A stretch of DNA of 64,000 nucleotides from Syntrophaceae bacterium UBA4810. GTDB taxonomy: Bacteria; Desulfobacterota; Syntrophia; Syntrophales; Smithellaceae. Under the pieces are notes generated by a model. The model was given only the letters and a program-made list of their open reading frames with translations. It was not told where the DNA came from and did not search any database. The translations under genes and the position numbers were made by a program. The DNA lies in the NCBI GenBank assembly GCA_002402545.1, contig DHGA01000037.1:39180-103179 (forward strand). The letters are read 5' to 3'. Shown piece after piece: positions 28,301 to 36,924 of this stretch (its first letter is position 1; each line of letters opens with the position of its first letter).

Positions 28301-29902
28301 AAAAACGTGGAAGGATGGGGCAATCTCCTTCATCCCGACGACAAAGAGAAAATGCTAAGCTACCTCAGCGTCCATGTGATTAGAGAGCATAATCTTTTTG
28401 AAAAAGAATACCGCATTATCAGGATAAACGACAAACAGGTGCGCTGGGTTTTCGGCCAGGGAGAACTTACCATAGACAAAGACGGCCTCGTCACTAACAT
28501 GATCGGCACGATTCAGGATATAAACAACCGTAAACTGGCGGAGCAAGCCCTGGAAGAGAGCGAAGAAAAATACCGCTTAATCTTCGAGCATTCCCCCTTG
28601 GGACTTCTGTATTTCGACAAAAACGGCGTCATCGTGGCGTGCAACGAAAATTTCGTGAATATTACCGGCACTTCGCGCGAAGTGATTATCGGCCTGAACA
28701 TGCTTAACCTGCCTGACAAGGGCATTGTCTCCGCCGTAAGACAGGCGTTAAACGGCGGCACCGGATTTTATAATGATATGTATGATACCATGATTGTGCC
28801 GAAAATCACACCGATCAGGGCACTTTTTACGCCTATGAACTCGGAAGGCGGCATTGTGCAGGGAGGCGTGGGCATTATTGAAGATGTCACGGAACAGAAA
28901 AAAGCTCAGGAAACCCTCAGACAAAGCGAAGAAAAATACCGCTCATTGATAGAAAACGCGCAAGAAGGAGTTTATCAAACATCTCCTGACGGCAAGTTCA
29001 TGACTGTAAATAATGGTTTTGCCCGTATTCTCGGTTACAATTCGGCGCAAGAAATTTTAGAAGCAGTGACAGACATCTCTAATCAGCTTTATGTCTATCC
29101 GCAGGACAGAGGAAGACTTCTTAAAATTGTTAAAAAATACGGCTCGGTTACAAATTTTGAAACACAATTGTATCGCAAAGACGGCAGCCGTTTATGGGTA
29201 TCTCTCAGTTCGAATGCCGCGCTTGATGACCAGAAACAGGTTCTTTATTATCAGGGCATGGTACAGGATATCTCGGAAAAGAAACAAATTGAGGTGGAAC
29301 GCGCAGAAAATGTCAAGACACTGCGCAAATCCCTTGGCGCAACGATTAGCGCCATGGCGGTAATGGTGGAAACTAGAGACCCCTACACGGCAGGTCACCA
29401 GCGCCGTGTAGCTGATCTGGCACGCGCGATTGCCACGGAAATGAAATTGCCCAGTGACCAGATAGACGGAGTGCGCATGGCCGGCATGCTTCATGATGTC
29501 GGTAAAATATCGATACCATCGGAAATCCTTACAAAACCCACGCAGCTTACAGTGCTGGAATTTAATTTAATCAAAACACACCCGGACTCCGGCTACGAGA
29601 TTTTAAAAGATATTGAGTTTCCCTGGCCGATCGCCCGCATCGTGCTGGAACATCACGAACGCGTCAACGGCTCCGGGTATCCCCGCGGACTAAAGGAAAA
29701 TGAGATCCTGCTGGAATCAAAAATTATGTCTGTAGCTGATGTTGTGGAAGCTATTTCTTCCCACCGCCCTTATCGCCCCGCACACGGTATCGAAGCGGGG
29801 CTGCAAGAAATAGCCGATAACAAAGGTGTTCTTTATGACGCGGAAGTTGTTGACGCCTGCCTGCGGCTTTTCCGTGAAAAAAGTTACACTTTGGCCGCGT
29901 AA
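25391..29902 (+). CDS. Giant REC - multi-PAS (about 8-9 PAS units) - HD-GYP signalling protein
   Basis: REC 'VLLIEDNEDD..SDYKLPKF'. Repeated 'DITERKKAEE'-type PAS boundaries. C-terminal 'DPYTAGHQRRV..HDVGK..HHERVNGSGYP'. 1503 aa. Confidence 0.9.
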   Translation: MKKTTPATEKKRQLQTDDSKSLRVLLIEDNEDDALLVLRELKKGGFDPVYERVETAAAMKKALKEEQWDIVLSDYKLPKFDGIQAINLLRETQLDIPLLIVSGTIGEQTAVECMRAGALDYVMKNNLTRLCPAIERELKEAQVRNRQRLADEVIRESEGRYRTILDEMDDTYFEIDLAGNFTFVNDTMCRVLGYSREKLLTMNFRVQMAKDDIEHVYNIFGKIYRTGNPEKNFLYKFINKDGAIRFADTSAFPLQNQQGKTIGFRGIGRDITESKKAENALRERNRELDNLMSNLPGMVYRCANDREWTMFFIGEGCLALTGYNPEDLLNNKKRSFNDLVMPEYRENLWQKWQEALAERATFEDEYPIRTAGGDIKWVWERGRGVYDTDGQLLFLEGYIEDISASKKAQWALRKSEENFRRSIDDSPLGVRISTKHAETIYANKAILDMYGYKNFAEFKNTPVKDRYTPQSYSGYLLRSKERKQGKLGPSEYEISIIRKNGEVRHLRAFRKEILWNGEKQAQIIYMDITERKQAQEKLQQSEESFRLTFNSTSDVIFTLDTQLRLHAITPSVEKVLGYNTEELNGKSLPSLNIMSPESQQKASLHVSKILSGKYAPPAVYEFIFKDGRKGFGEITASPIIKENKIIGVTCISRDITERLKIEAERQGALVALRESEEKYRNILENIEDGYYEVDLAGNLTFFNDSVCRISGYEREELMGMNHRHYTAPENIKEILKTFNQVYTTGIPAKGFDWKTIKKDGEKRSFETSVSLLKDASNKPAGFRGIMRDITERKKAEEALQESESSIKAVLGSTADGILAIGKNRSVLYANDRFAEIWQISKDVMESKDDSVLLQHVLDQLADPDGFIKKVEELYNSDEEDFDTINFKDGRIFERFSCPLLKETEIMGRVWSFRDITERKKAEDAIRNSEYIMRKSQEVARFGSYTLDVKKGTWISSKVLDDIFGIDESYPKNVEGWGNLLHPDDKEKMLSYLSVHVIREHNLFEKEYRIIRINDKQVRWVFGQGELTIDKDGLVTNMIGTIQDINNRKLAEQALEESEEKYRLIFEHSPLGLLYFDKNGVIVACNENFVNITGTSREVIIGLNMLNLPDKGIVSAVRQALNGGTGFYNDMYDTMIVPKITPIRALFTPMNSEGGIVQGGVGIIEDVTEQKKAQETLRQSEEKYRSLIENAQEGVYQTSPDGKFMTVNNGFARILGYNSAQEILEAVTDISNQLYVYPQDRGRLLKIVKKYGSVTNFETQLYRKDGSRLWVSLSSNAALDDQKQVLYYQGMVQDISEKKQIEVERAENVKTLRKSLGATISAMAVMVETRDPYTAGHQRRVADLARAIATEMKLPSDQIDGVRMAGMLHDVGKISIPSEILTKPTQLTVLEFNLIKTHPDSGYEILKDIEFPWPIARIVLEHHERVNGSGYPRGLKENEILLESKIMSVADVVEAISSHRPYRPAHGIEAGLQEIADNKGVLYDAEVVDACLRLFREKSYTLAA

Positions 29903-29914
29903 ACGCTTTCTAAC

Positions 29915-30511
29915 CTACTTTTCTTTTTTAAAAAATAACACCGAACGGCTTAAGAATATATCCGGGCTTTTCTCCACCGAAAATCCGGCTTTCCGGGCAT
30001 AGTTGAGCATTCGCATAAATTCTTTTTTATTTAAGTGTATTTTGGGTTCGGCCACCAAAAACCTGCCGCTTTTTTTTAAAAGAGAATATACCTGAGAAAA
30101 AAACCGCTTTTTATCAGGAACTTCATGTACCATCCAGAAAGCCAGAATAAAATCAGCTTTCACTTTTACACCCAGAGAATCCGACGAAGCCAGCTGAAAA
30201 ACTATTCTCGGTAACACTCCGGCGCGTTTTGCCTTTTTTCTGATGGCCGAAAGCATTTCCTGCTGAATATCAACGGCAATCACCCGCCCCTTATCGCCAA
30301 CCATCTTTGCCATAGGTATTGTAAAATAACCGATACCTGGTCCAATATCCAAAACAGTATTCCCTTTTCTAATATAAGGATGAAGAATTTTGTAAGGATT
30401 ATGAATCAGTTTGCGAAAAACATTATCAAACGTGAAACATAGCCATCGCGGGCAGATATGTTCGAAATCTGAAGAAAATAAATCGGATATCTTTTTCATA
30501 TTACCTTCCAA
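29915..30511 (-). CDS. Class I SAM-dependent methyltransferase
   Basis: 'VLDIGPGIGYF' motif I and 'VIAVDIQQEML' motif II. Confidence 0.75.
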   Translation of the reverse strand: MEGNMKKISDLFSSDFEHICPRWLCFTFDNVFRKLIHNPYKILHPYIRKGNTVLDIGPGIGYFTIPMAKMVGDKGRVIAVDIQQEMLSAIRKKAKRAGVLPRIVFQLASSDSLGVKVKADFILAFWMVHEVPDKKRFFSQVYSLLKKSGRFLVAEPKIHLNKKEFMRMLNYARKAGFSVEKSPDIFLSRSVLFFKKEK

Positions 30512-30552
30512 CTATTATATATTACCACCCGACATTTTGGACTGTGAGGCAC

Positions 30553-30682
30553 TGTCTTTGCGAACAAAGGCAGCGCGTCGTGGCGATCTCGTCCGGCGCT
30601 TGTCATCGCGAGGATGAAATACGAAGCGATCCCATGAGCAAACCAGAGATTGCTTCACCTGCCTGCGGCAGGTTCGCAATGA
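30553..30682. repeat. Family A palindromic repeats
   Basis: 'tgtctttgcgaacaaagg', 'tgtcatcgcgaggatgaaatacgaagcgatc' and 'gattgcttcacctgcctgcggcaggttcgcaatgac'. Confidence 0.8.
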
Positions 30683-30821
30683 CGAAACAAGAAAAGGCGG
30701 GTTCGCCATTACAGATGAGGATTATGCCACGGTCTCGCAAGCAGCCGACCCTGCGAATGCCGGGGAAATCCAGAATGTCTTTCTATCTTAGCCCAAAGAC
30801 GATGATCCTTTATCGCCGAAA

Positions 30822-32996
30822 TTAAAAAACATCTTGCAAAAATTCCAGCACCTTCGCGTTTACCTCTTCAGCTTCTTTTCCCCGCAATATTCCATGACGC
30901 TCGGATTTTACCGTGAATATTTTCTTTTTAGCGGCTCCCGCTTTTTTGTATATATCTTTTCCGCTCGCGGGATTAACCACCGGGTCATCCGATCCCTGTA
31001 TTACGAGCAATGGATCGGTTATATTTTTTAATCTGTCTTCAACCACATTCATCAGTTTTTCGAGCTGCCCAACCCCGCTTACCGGATTTCTTAAGTAATT
31101 TATGTGCGGATTTTCCGGATCGTTAACTACAAACTCCATTTTACCTTTTTTTGCCTTGAATGTTGTCAGTAGTTTATTCCAGGCAACAATTGCCGACGCG
31201 AACTTTGAAGAAATATTTTGCAGCTTAAGAGGTGCGTTGATTGATATTACCGCTTTGAATTTTCCGGGCTTGTTTGCCGCCTGCAAAAGCGCTATGTCTC
31301 CACCCGTAGAAAAACCGGCAATGGCAAAATGCTTCAGGCTATTTTTCATAATTATATATGCCCGGCCTACGGAATCGTACCATTTTTCCCATCTGATTTG
31401 CGCCAAATCCTCAGGCGCCGTCCCGTGACCACGCAGGCGCGCCCCGTAAATGCTGTAACCATTTTTATAAAGATAATCCGCGAGGGGGCGTATTTCTTCC
31501 GGCGCCGCCATATACCCATGCACCAGAATCACGCCCTTTTTCCCGAATAAATGTTTCCAGAAAAACGGCCTGCCGATATTTTTTGGCTTGCTCTCTTTTT
31601 CTAAATAATACTTCTCGTAATCATCGGTAAATAGTTTCTTTTCCAGCGCCATAAAATGATTCTTAATTTTTTGCCGGATATACGCGTCGGGCAGCAGCAT
31701 TAATTTGTTCAGCGATTTTGTCAGATTTTTGAGCGGTTCTATTTCATTTCTTAATACCTCGATAATATTATCTTTTCTTATAGTATGAAAATCATAAATC
31801 TTACTGAAGCGCGCGCTGTTTTTCTGGATTACGCCATCATCCAAAGTGATCAGCCCCTCGGCCAGCGAGGCATCAATGAATCGCTCATAATTTTTATGAT
31901 AATCATCCGTAAGCAGATAGAATTGTTTTTTATCCAGGGACGTGTGGTAATTATTAACCTCGCAGCGCCGTAAATTATCAACAGCCAGAAATACACGGTT
32001 TTTGAAATCGTCTTCGCAAATTTTATTTTTCCCGTATTTTGCCAAAATGTAGGAAAATAAATGATCATGATTAACTGTCGTCATCGCGTAAATGGATTCC
32101 ATGTATTTGTACATGATTTTTATATAGAGTTTTCTGAACGGAACGGCATATTTCAGCTCGCCAGGATGGAGGTAAAGCTTTTCATTGGAAAGCATCTTGT
32201 GCAGTGACGCGCTGGCCTCGATGTATTTCTTCATTGGTATCGCCTGGCCGAAGTTTATATCGATATCCACGCCGCGCGTAATCATCGACCCTTCCGTTTG
32301 CAGCTCTTCTTTAAAACGCTCGGAAATATCTTTGACAAACCTGCCAACCAGCTTGCTGATCACATTTTCTCTGGCGCGCACCGGATAATAAGTGATATTT
32401 ACCGGCACGATATAAGTTTCCTGCTTTAATATTTTCTCGACATCTTTCAGATTAAACCCAAAATGGGCGGCCAGTTGCTTGATGGACGCCTTATCGCCTT
32501 TTTGACGAAACAGCCGTAATTCTTCACGAAGAAACTGAGAACGCAAAGCGATACGCGCCGCTCCCATATGCGGCGGCCTTCTGGTTTCGATATTGAAAAT
32601 CATGTATTTGCCTTTTTCGATCAGCTTTTTATCCTTAATCATCTGGCCTTCCGGGAAAATGATAACCGGATTATTGCCGGTAAGCAGCGAATTGATCAAA
32701 ATCGTGTCGCGATTAGGATCTGCGGTGGAAATGGCGCCCAGCCTGCTCATGAAATCTCCCATTTTGCCGCCGAAAAATCCTTTATCCGCCAGAGAAACAG
32801 GAAATTTTTTGATGTACTTTTTAACGATATACGGCATCAGGATAGTTTCCATCCGCGTGAAATGGTTAATAACGTAAAGCACCGGCTGGTCGGGAACATT
32901 TTCTTTGCCGTGCACGCGGATATCCATCCTCGCCGCCTGCGTTAAAGCGTCTAGCGAAACCATAATGGTTTTAATTAGCCTGTTTGATAATTCCAT
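30822..32996 (-). CDS. Fusion protein: N-terminal PlsC-like acyltransferase + C-terminal alpha/beta hydrolase (lipase/esterase-like)
   Basis: 'VINHFTRMET' (HX4D/E-type) and 'IIFPEGQM' acyltransferase blocks. C-terminal 'ILVHGYMAAPEE' and nucleophile elbow 'GFSTGG'. Confidence 0.7.
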   Translation of the reverse strand: MELSNRLIKTIMVSLDALTQAARMDIRVHGKENVPDQPVLYVINHFTRMETILMPYIVKKYIKKFPVSLADKGFFGGKMGDFMSRLGAISTADPNRDTILINSLLTGNNPVIIFPEGQMIKDKKLIEKGKYMIFNIETRRPPHMGAARIALRSQFLREELRLFRQKGDKASIKQLAAHFGFNLKDVEKILKQETYIVPVNITYYPVRARENVISKLVGRFVKDISERFKEELQTEGSMITRGVDIDINFGQAIPMKKYIEASASLHKMLSNEKLYLHPGELKYAVPFRKLYIKIMYKYMESIYAMTTVNHDHLFSYILAKYGKNKICEDDFKNRVFLAVDNLRRCEVNNYHTSLDKKQFYLLTDDYHKNYERFIDASLAEGLITLDDGVIQKNSARFSKIYDFHTIRKDNIIEVLRNEIEPLKNLTKSLNKLMLLPDAYIRQKIKNHFMALEKKLFTDDYEKYYLEKESKPKNIGRPFFWKHLFGKKGVILVHGYMAAPEEIRPLADYLYKNGYSIYGARLRGHGTAPEDLAQIRWEKWYDSVGRAYIIMKNSLKHFAIAGFSTGGDIALLQAANKPGKFKAVISINAPLKLQNISSKFASAIVAWNKLLTTFKAKKGKMEFVVNDPENPHINYLRNPVSGVGQLEKLMNVVEDRLKNITDPLLVIQGSDDPVVNPASGKDIYKKAGAAKKKIFTVKSERHGILRGKEAEEVNAKVLEFLQDVF

Positions 32997-33021
32997 AATC
33001 CTTCTCCGTTTCGGTTAAACG

Positions 33022-33825
33022 TTACTTCTTGTGCCCAAAGAAATCATCCGCCGTTTTTCTTAAAACATCGGGCTTGTTGGTAAAGATACCTTCTACGCCT
33101 GCTTTTAAAAGCCGACGCATCTTTTTTTCTTCATCAACCGTGTAAACATTAACAGAAATGCCATTCCCCTTTAGATCTTCAAGCCATTTCTTATTTAACT
33201 CTTTATGGCTGCAATTGAAACAATCCGCGTCAAAGAGATTAACTATTTGTGCGGGCAACTTTTTATTGTAATATTCTTTTTCAAATAGGACGGCAACCGC
33301 CACATTATTATCAATCTCTCTTAAATGTTTTATCGCCCGCGGGTCAAAGCTGGAAAAGATAACATGCTCTCTCATGCCGCTTTGCTCAACAATTTTCAGG
33401 GATTTTTCTTCAATACCGCCGGCTGATTTATCAGTAACGGCTTCGGTTTTTATTTCAATGTTCACGGCGATTTTGCCTCTGCAAAGCCCTAGGGTTTCGT
33501 GAAGCGTGGGTATTGTGGCGCCTTTAAACTTATTGCCAAACCAGCACCCCGCGTCCAGTATTTTGAGTTCATGAAGATAATGATCAGAAAGCCTGCCTTT
33601 GCCGTCAGTACAGCGCGAAAGTTTTTCATCATGAAATACGACAACTTCTCCGTCGCGGGTCAGCTGAACATCAAACTCAACCATGTCGGCACCAAGCTCG
33701 ATGGCCGCTTCGAACGCGTCCAGTGTATTTTCCGGATAATAGGCGGACGCGCCACGGTGGGCGATATTGGTAAAACTATCTTCGCTGCTTTTATTGTATT
33801 TAAAATAATGATACGGCCTGCCCAT
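33022..33825 (-). CDS. Glycerophosphodiester phosphodiesterase
   Basis: 'IAHRGASAYYPENTLDAFEAAIELGADMVEFDVQLTRDGEVVVFHD' is the canonical GDPD N-terminus. Confidence 0.85.
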   Translation of the reverse strand: MGRPYHYFKYNKSSEDSFTNIAHRGASAYYPENTLDAFEAAIELGADMVEFDVQLTRDGEVVVFHDEKLSRCTDGKGRLSDHYLHELKILDAGCWFGNKFKGATIPTLHETLGLCRGKIAVNIEIKTEAVTDKSAGGIEEKSLKIVEQSGMREHVIFSSFDPRAIKHLREIDNNVAVAVLFEKEYYNKKLPAQIVNLFDADCFNCSHKELNKKWLEDLKGNGISVNVYTVDEEKKMRRLLKAGVEGIFTNKPDVLRKTADDFFGHKK

Positions 33826-33891
33826 TTTATCCTCACAGGGTTGGCGTCATGTTTTGTTTATAAATTTAATATTCTCGTAAATTATCAATCT

Positions 33892-34665
33892 CTAAACAAT
33901 AATTTTGGCAACGGGCAGTCCCTTTTGGCGAAGATAATTTTTCACCTCCTGAATGCTGAGCATTCGAAAATGAAAAACGGAAGCGGCAAGTAAAATACTC
34001 GCGCCGCCTTTAACTGCCGCCTCGTAAAAATCTTCCAGTTTTCCCGCGCCGCCGGAAGCTACCACCGGAACTTTCACAGCGGAAGAAATGGCTTTTGTAT
34101 ATTCGATGTTGTAGCCGGCTTTCGTTCCGTCTCCGTCCATGCTGGTAGGCAAAATAACACCCGCTCCCAAATCCTCGCATTTCTTTGCCCATTCAATCGC
34201 GTCTTTGGCCAAAGGCTTGGTGCCGCCGGAGACGACCAGCTCAAAGCCGGAAGGCATTGCTTTGTTTCGTTTCGCGTCAATCGCCACCGTTATTTTATCC
34301 GAGCCGAATTTTTTCGCGGCATCACTTACCAGAGACGGATTTTTAACCGCCGCGCTGTTCATGGAAACTTTGCTCGCGCCCGCGGCCAGAACAAGTTCAA
34401 TATCTTCCAGCGTCGCTATTCCTCCGCCTACTGTGAGCGGTATCTTGATAACGGCGGCCACTTTGCGCACCCACTCCAGGCGCGTTTTTCTGTTTTCCAG
34501 CGTCGCCGCGATATCCAGCATCGCCAGTTCATCCGCTCCTTCTTTCTGATAAAAAGCGGCGTTTTCCACCGGATCACCCGCCTCTTTTAAATTCACAAAA
34601 TTAACGCCTTTAACTACCCGTCCGTCTTTCATATCCAGGCACGGCATGATTTTAATCGGTCCCAT
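33892..34665 (-). CDS. hisF: Imidazole glycerol phosphate synthase cyclase subunit HisF
   Basis: 'IMPCLDMKDGRVVKGVNF', 'ELAMLDI', 'PLTVGGGI' and 'ASGGAG' HisF motifs. No other his genes in the window. Confidence 0.85.
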   Translation of the reverse strand: MGPIKIMPCLDMKDGRVVKGVNFVNLKEAGDPVENAAFYQKEGADELAMLDIAATLENRKTRLEWVRKVAAVIKIPLTVGGGIATLEDIELVLAAGASKVSMNSAAVKNPSLVSDAAKKFGSDKITVAIDAKRNKAMPSGFELVVSGGTKPLAKDAIEWAKKCEDLGAGVILPTSMDGDGTKAGYNIEYTKAISSAVKVPVVASGGAGKLEDFYEAAVKGGASILLAASVFHFRMLSIQEVKNYLRQKGLPVAKIIV

Positions 34666-34708
34666 GCAAATCCCCCTTCACGGCGAGAGCTTTGCAAAAT
34701 GCCCACAT

Positions 34709-34810
34709 TGTCTTTGCGAGCAAAGCGAAGCAATCTCAGATATCCCGTATTTTCAATGGGATTGCCGCGTAGCGCCGCTTCCGCGGCACTCCTCACAACG
34801 ATGAAGCAAT
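34709..34810. repeat. Family A palindromic repeats upstream of hisF
   Basis: 'tgtctttgcgagcaaagcgaagcaatctc', 'gggattgccgcgtagcgccgcttccgcggc' and 'gatgaagcaatt'. Confidence 0.8.
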
Positions 34811-34953
34811 TATGCAAAGCCGTCACTTTTTGAATATTCTTAAAGTTTTTTAAACCTATCTTGCGGAATTTACAACTTTAATTTTTCGCAGCCAAATAAT
34901 TTTATCGATCCACATATTAATACTTGAAACAGAGCTTAAATTAATCTAAGGAA

Positions 34954-35952
34954 GTGAACACAAATTCAGCTTTAGGGGCGCTCATCATGAAAATAAAAGA
35001 AATCAAAGCAAAAAACATAAACACAAAAAAATTCATTGAAGAAAAAGTCCAGGAAATCAGGCAGGCCGTAGGCGATGGTTTAGCGATTAACGCCCTTTCC
35101 GGCGGAGTTGACTCCTGTGTAGTAACGGCGCTCGGGCATAAAGCGCTGGGAAATAGATTAAAAACTTATTTTATCGATAACGGTATTATGCGCGAAGGAG
35201 AACCGGCAAAAGTAAAGGCTGCTTTTAAAAAAATGGGCATTCATGTGGAAGTGGTCGATGCTGTTCAGGATTTCTTTGACGCGCTTAAGGGAATTACTGA
35301 TCCGGAAGAAAAACGGGAAGCGATAACTCAAACATTTTATAAAAAAATATTTGCCGATCTGGTTATTCAAAGCGGCGCGAAATATCTGCTGCAGGGCACA
35401 ATTCTCACTGACGTTGACGAAACGGTAGCCGGAATAAAAAGACAGCACAATGTTTTCGAGCAGCTGGGCATCGACCCGCAGGTAGCGTTTGGCTATAAAA
35501 TTCTGGAACCGCTGATTCAGCTGCGCAAAGACGGAGTGCGTAAAGCCGGCCGCGGCCTTGGCCTTCCTGAAGAAATATTTAACAGAATTCCTTTTCCCGG
35601 GCCGGCATTGGCTGCCCGCGTTATCGGCGAGGTCACACCGGAAAAAATTGCCATCGTCAGAAAAGCGACTGCTATTGTCGAGGCACAGTTAAAAGGCATC
35701 AAAGCTTTTCAGTATCTGGCCATTCTGCATAACGACCGCGTAACCGGAATGCGCGATAACAAGCGCGTGTTCGGCAATCAGATTGAAATCCGCTGCTGGA
35801 ATTCACTTGACGCTCGCAAAGCCTCGCCCACGAGATTGTCCTTTAATGTGTTGGATAAAATGGCCGCAAAAATCACCAAGGCAATACCGGAAGTAGTGAG
35901 TGTCACCTACAACATCACGACCAAACCAACTTCCACAATAGAGGCTGTATAA
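34954..35952 (+). CDS. guaA: GMP synthase PP-ATPase (subunit B-like) protein
   Basis: PP-loop 'LSGGVDSCV' and a GMP-synthase C-terminal-like end 'NITTKPTSTIEAV'. There is no glutamine amidotransferase domain. Start ambiguous (GTG 34954 or ATG 34987). Confidence 0.7.
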   Translation: MNTNSALGALIMKIKEIKAKNINTKKFIEEKVQEIRQAVGDGLAINALSGGVDSCVVTALGHKALGNRLKTYFIDNGIMREGEPAKVKAAFKKMGIHVEVVDAVQDFFDALKGITDPEEKREAITQTFYKKIFADLVIQSGAKYLLQGTILTDVDETVAGIKRQHNVFEQLGIDPQVAFGYKILEPLIQLRKDGVRKAGRGLGLPEEIFNRIPFPGPALAARVIGEVTPEKIAIVRKATAIVEAQLKGIKAFQYLAILHNDRVTGMRDNKRVFGNQIEIRCWNSLDARKASPTRLSFNVLDKMAAKITKAIPEVVSVTYNITTKPTSTIEAV

Positions 35953-35970
35953 TAATTTAAAGGGATAATG

Positions 35971-36924
35971 CTACCAGCTGCCGGAGGCACCGCCGCCGCC
36001 CGATGACCCGCCGCCGCCGGAAAATCCTCCTCCGGACGACCCGGAACTCCACGATCCACCGGAACCGCCCGAACCAATTGTAAAACCGCCGATGGAGGCT
36101 TTGCCTTTCGTGCGTAAATCTTTTGCGGCTTTTTTATACCAGTCTGTATTCTTTAATAAAATTTTCGCCAGAGGATAACCTACGAGATAAATTATCAGCA
36201 GGTAAAAAGCGCCCTTTGTGCCCAAAACAACAATGGGAAACATCGCCCAGAAAGGAATGAGAAAAAAGTAGAGAAACCAGCCGACACCCGGCGTTAAAAC
36301 ACCGATGACCGTGAAAAGCCCGATAATACCGAAAATAAAAGCGCCAAAAAGAATTCTCTCGATAATGGAAAGATCGGATTCAATATTTAACCCGGATGAA
36401 AAATTTGACTTTCCTGACGTTTCTCCGGAGTCATCCGGCACCTGGCCACCTTCCAGCACACTGATAATGGATTTAACGCCTTCGCTGATGCCGCTTTCGT
36501 AATCTTCTTTTTTAAAATGAGGCGTAATGACATTGCGGATAATACTGCCGGCCGTTCCGTCGGTCAGCGCTCCTTCGAGCCCGTAACCGACTTCAATGCG
36601 CATGCGCCGGTCGCTGGGCGCGACAACAAGCAGAATCCCGTTATCTTTTCCCTTTTGACCCAGCTTCCATCCATTATAAACATTAAGGGCGTATTCCTCG
36701 ATTCCTTCTCCTTCCAGCGATGGCACAGTAAGCACGGCAATCTGGTTGCCGGTTTTATCTTCATGCGCTTTGAGCTTGTCTGAAATTATCCTTTGCGTAT
36801 CTGGTGAAAGTATTTGCGCGTTATCCGTCACGCGTCCGGTTAAAAAAGGAATTTCCGTGGCATAGGAAAATTGTGCCAAAAAAAACAGCGCGAAAGCGAG
36901 CATCGGGAAAAATAATTTTTTCAC
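35971..36924 (-). CDS. TPM domain-containing membrane protein with Gly/Ser-rich C-terminal tail
   Basis: Signal peptide. TPM-type 'VTDNAQILSPDTQRIISDKLKAHEDKTGNQIAVLTV' and 'RMRIEVGYGLEG'. TM segments, then a 'GGSGGSWSSGSSGGGFSGGGGSSGGGGASGSW' tail. Confidence 0.75.
   Translation of the reverse strand: MKKLFFPMLAFALFFLAQFSYATEIPFLTGRVTDNAQILSPDTQRIISDKLKAHEDKTGNQIAVLTVPSLEGEGIEEYALNVYNGWKLGQKGKDNGILLVVAPSDRRMRIEVGYGLEGALTDGTAGSIIRNVITPHFKKEDYESGISEGVKSIISVLEGGQVPDDSGETSGKSNFSSGLNIESDLSIIERILFGAFIFGIIGLFTVIGVLTPGVGWFLYFFLIPFWAMFPIVVLGTKGAFYLLIIYLVGYPLAKILLKNTDWYKKAAKDLRTKGKASIGGFTIGSGGSGGSWSSGSSGGGFSGGGGSSGGGGASGSW

Noticed and set aside
30515-30825. ORFs of 64, 68 and 93 aa in the 30.5-30.8 kb spacer
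   Set aside because: They are generated by family A repeats (tgtctttgcga.../...ttcgcaatgac), with no coding signal.
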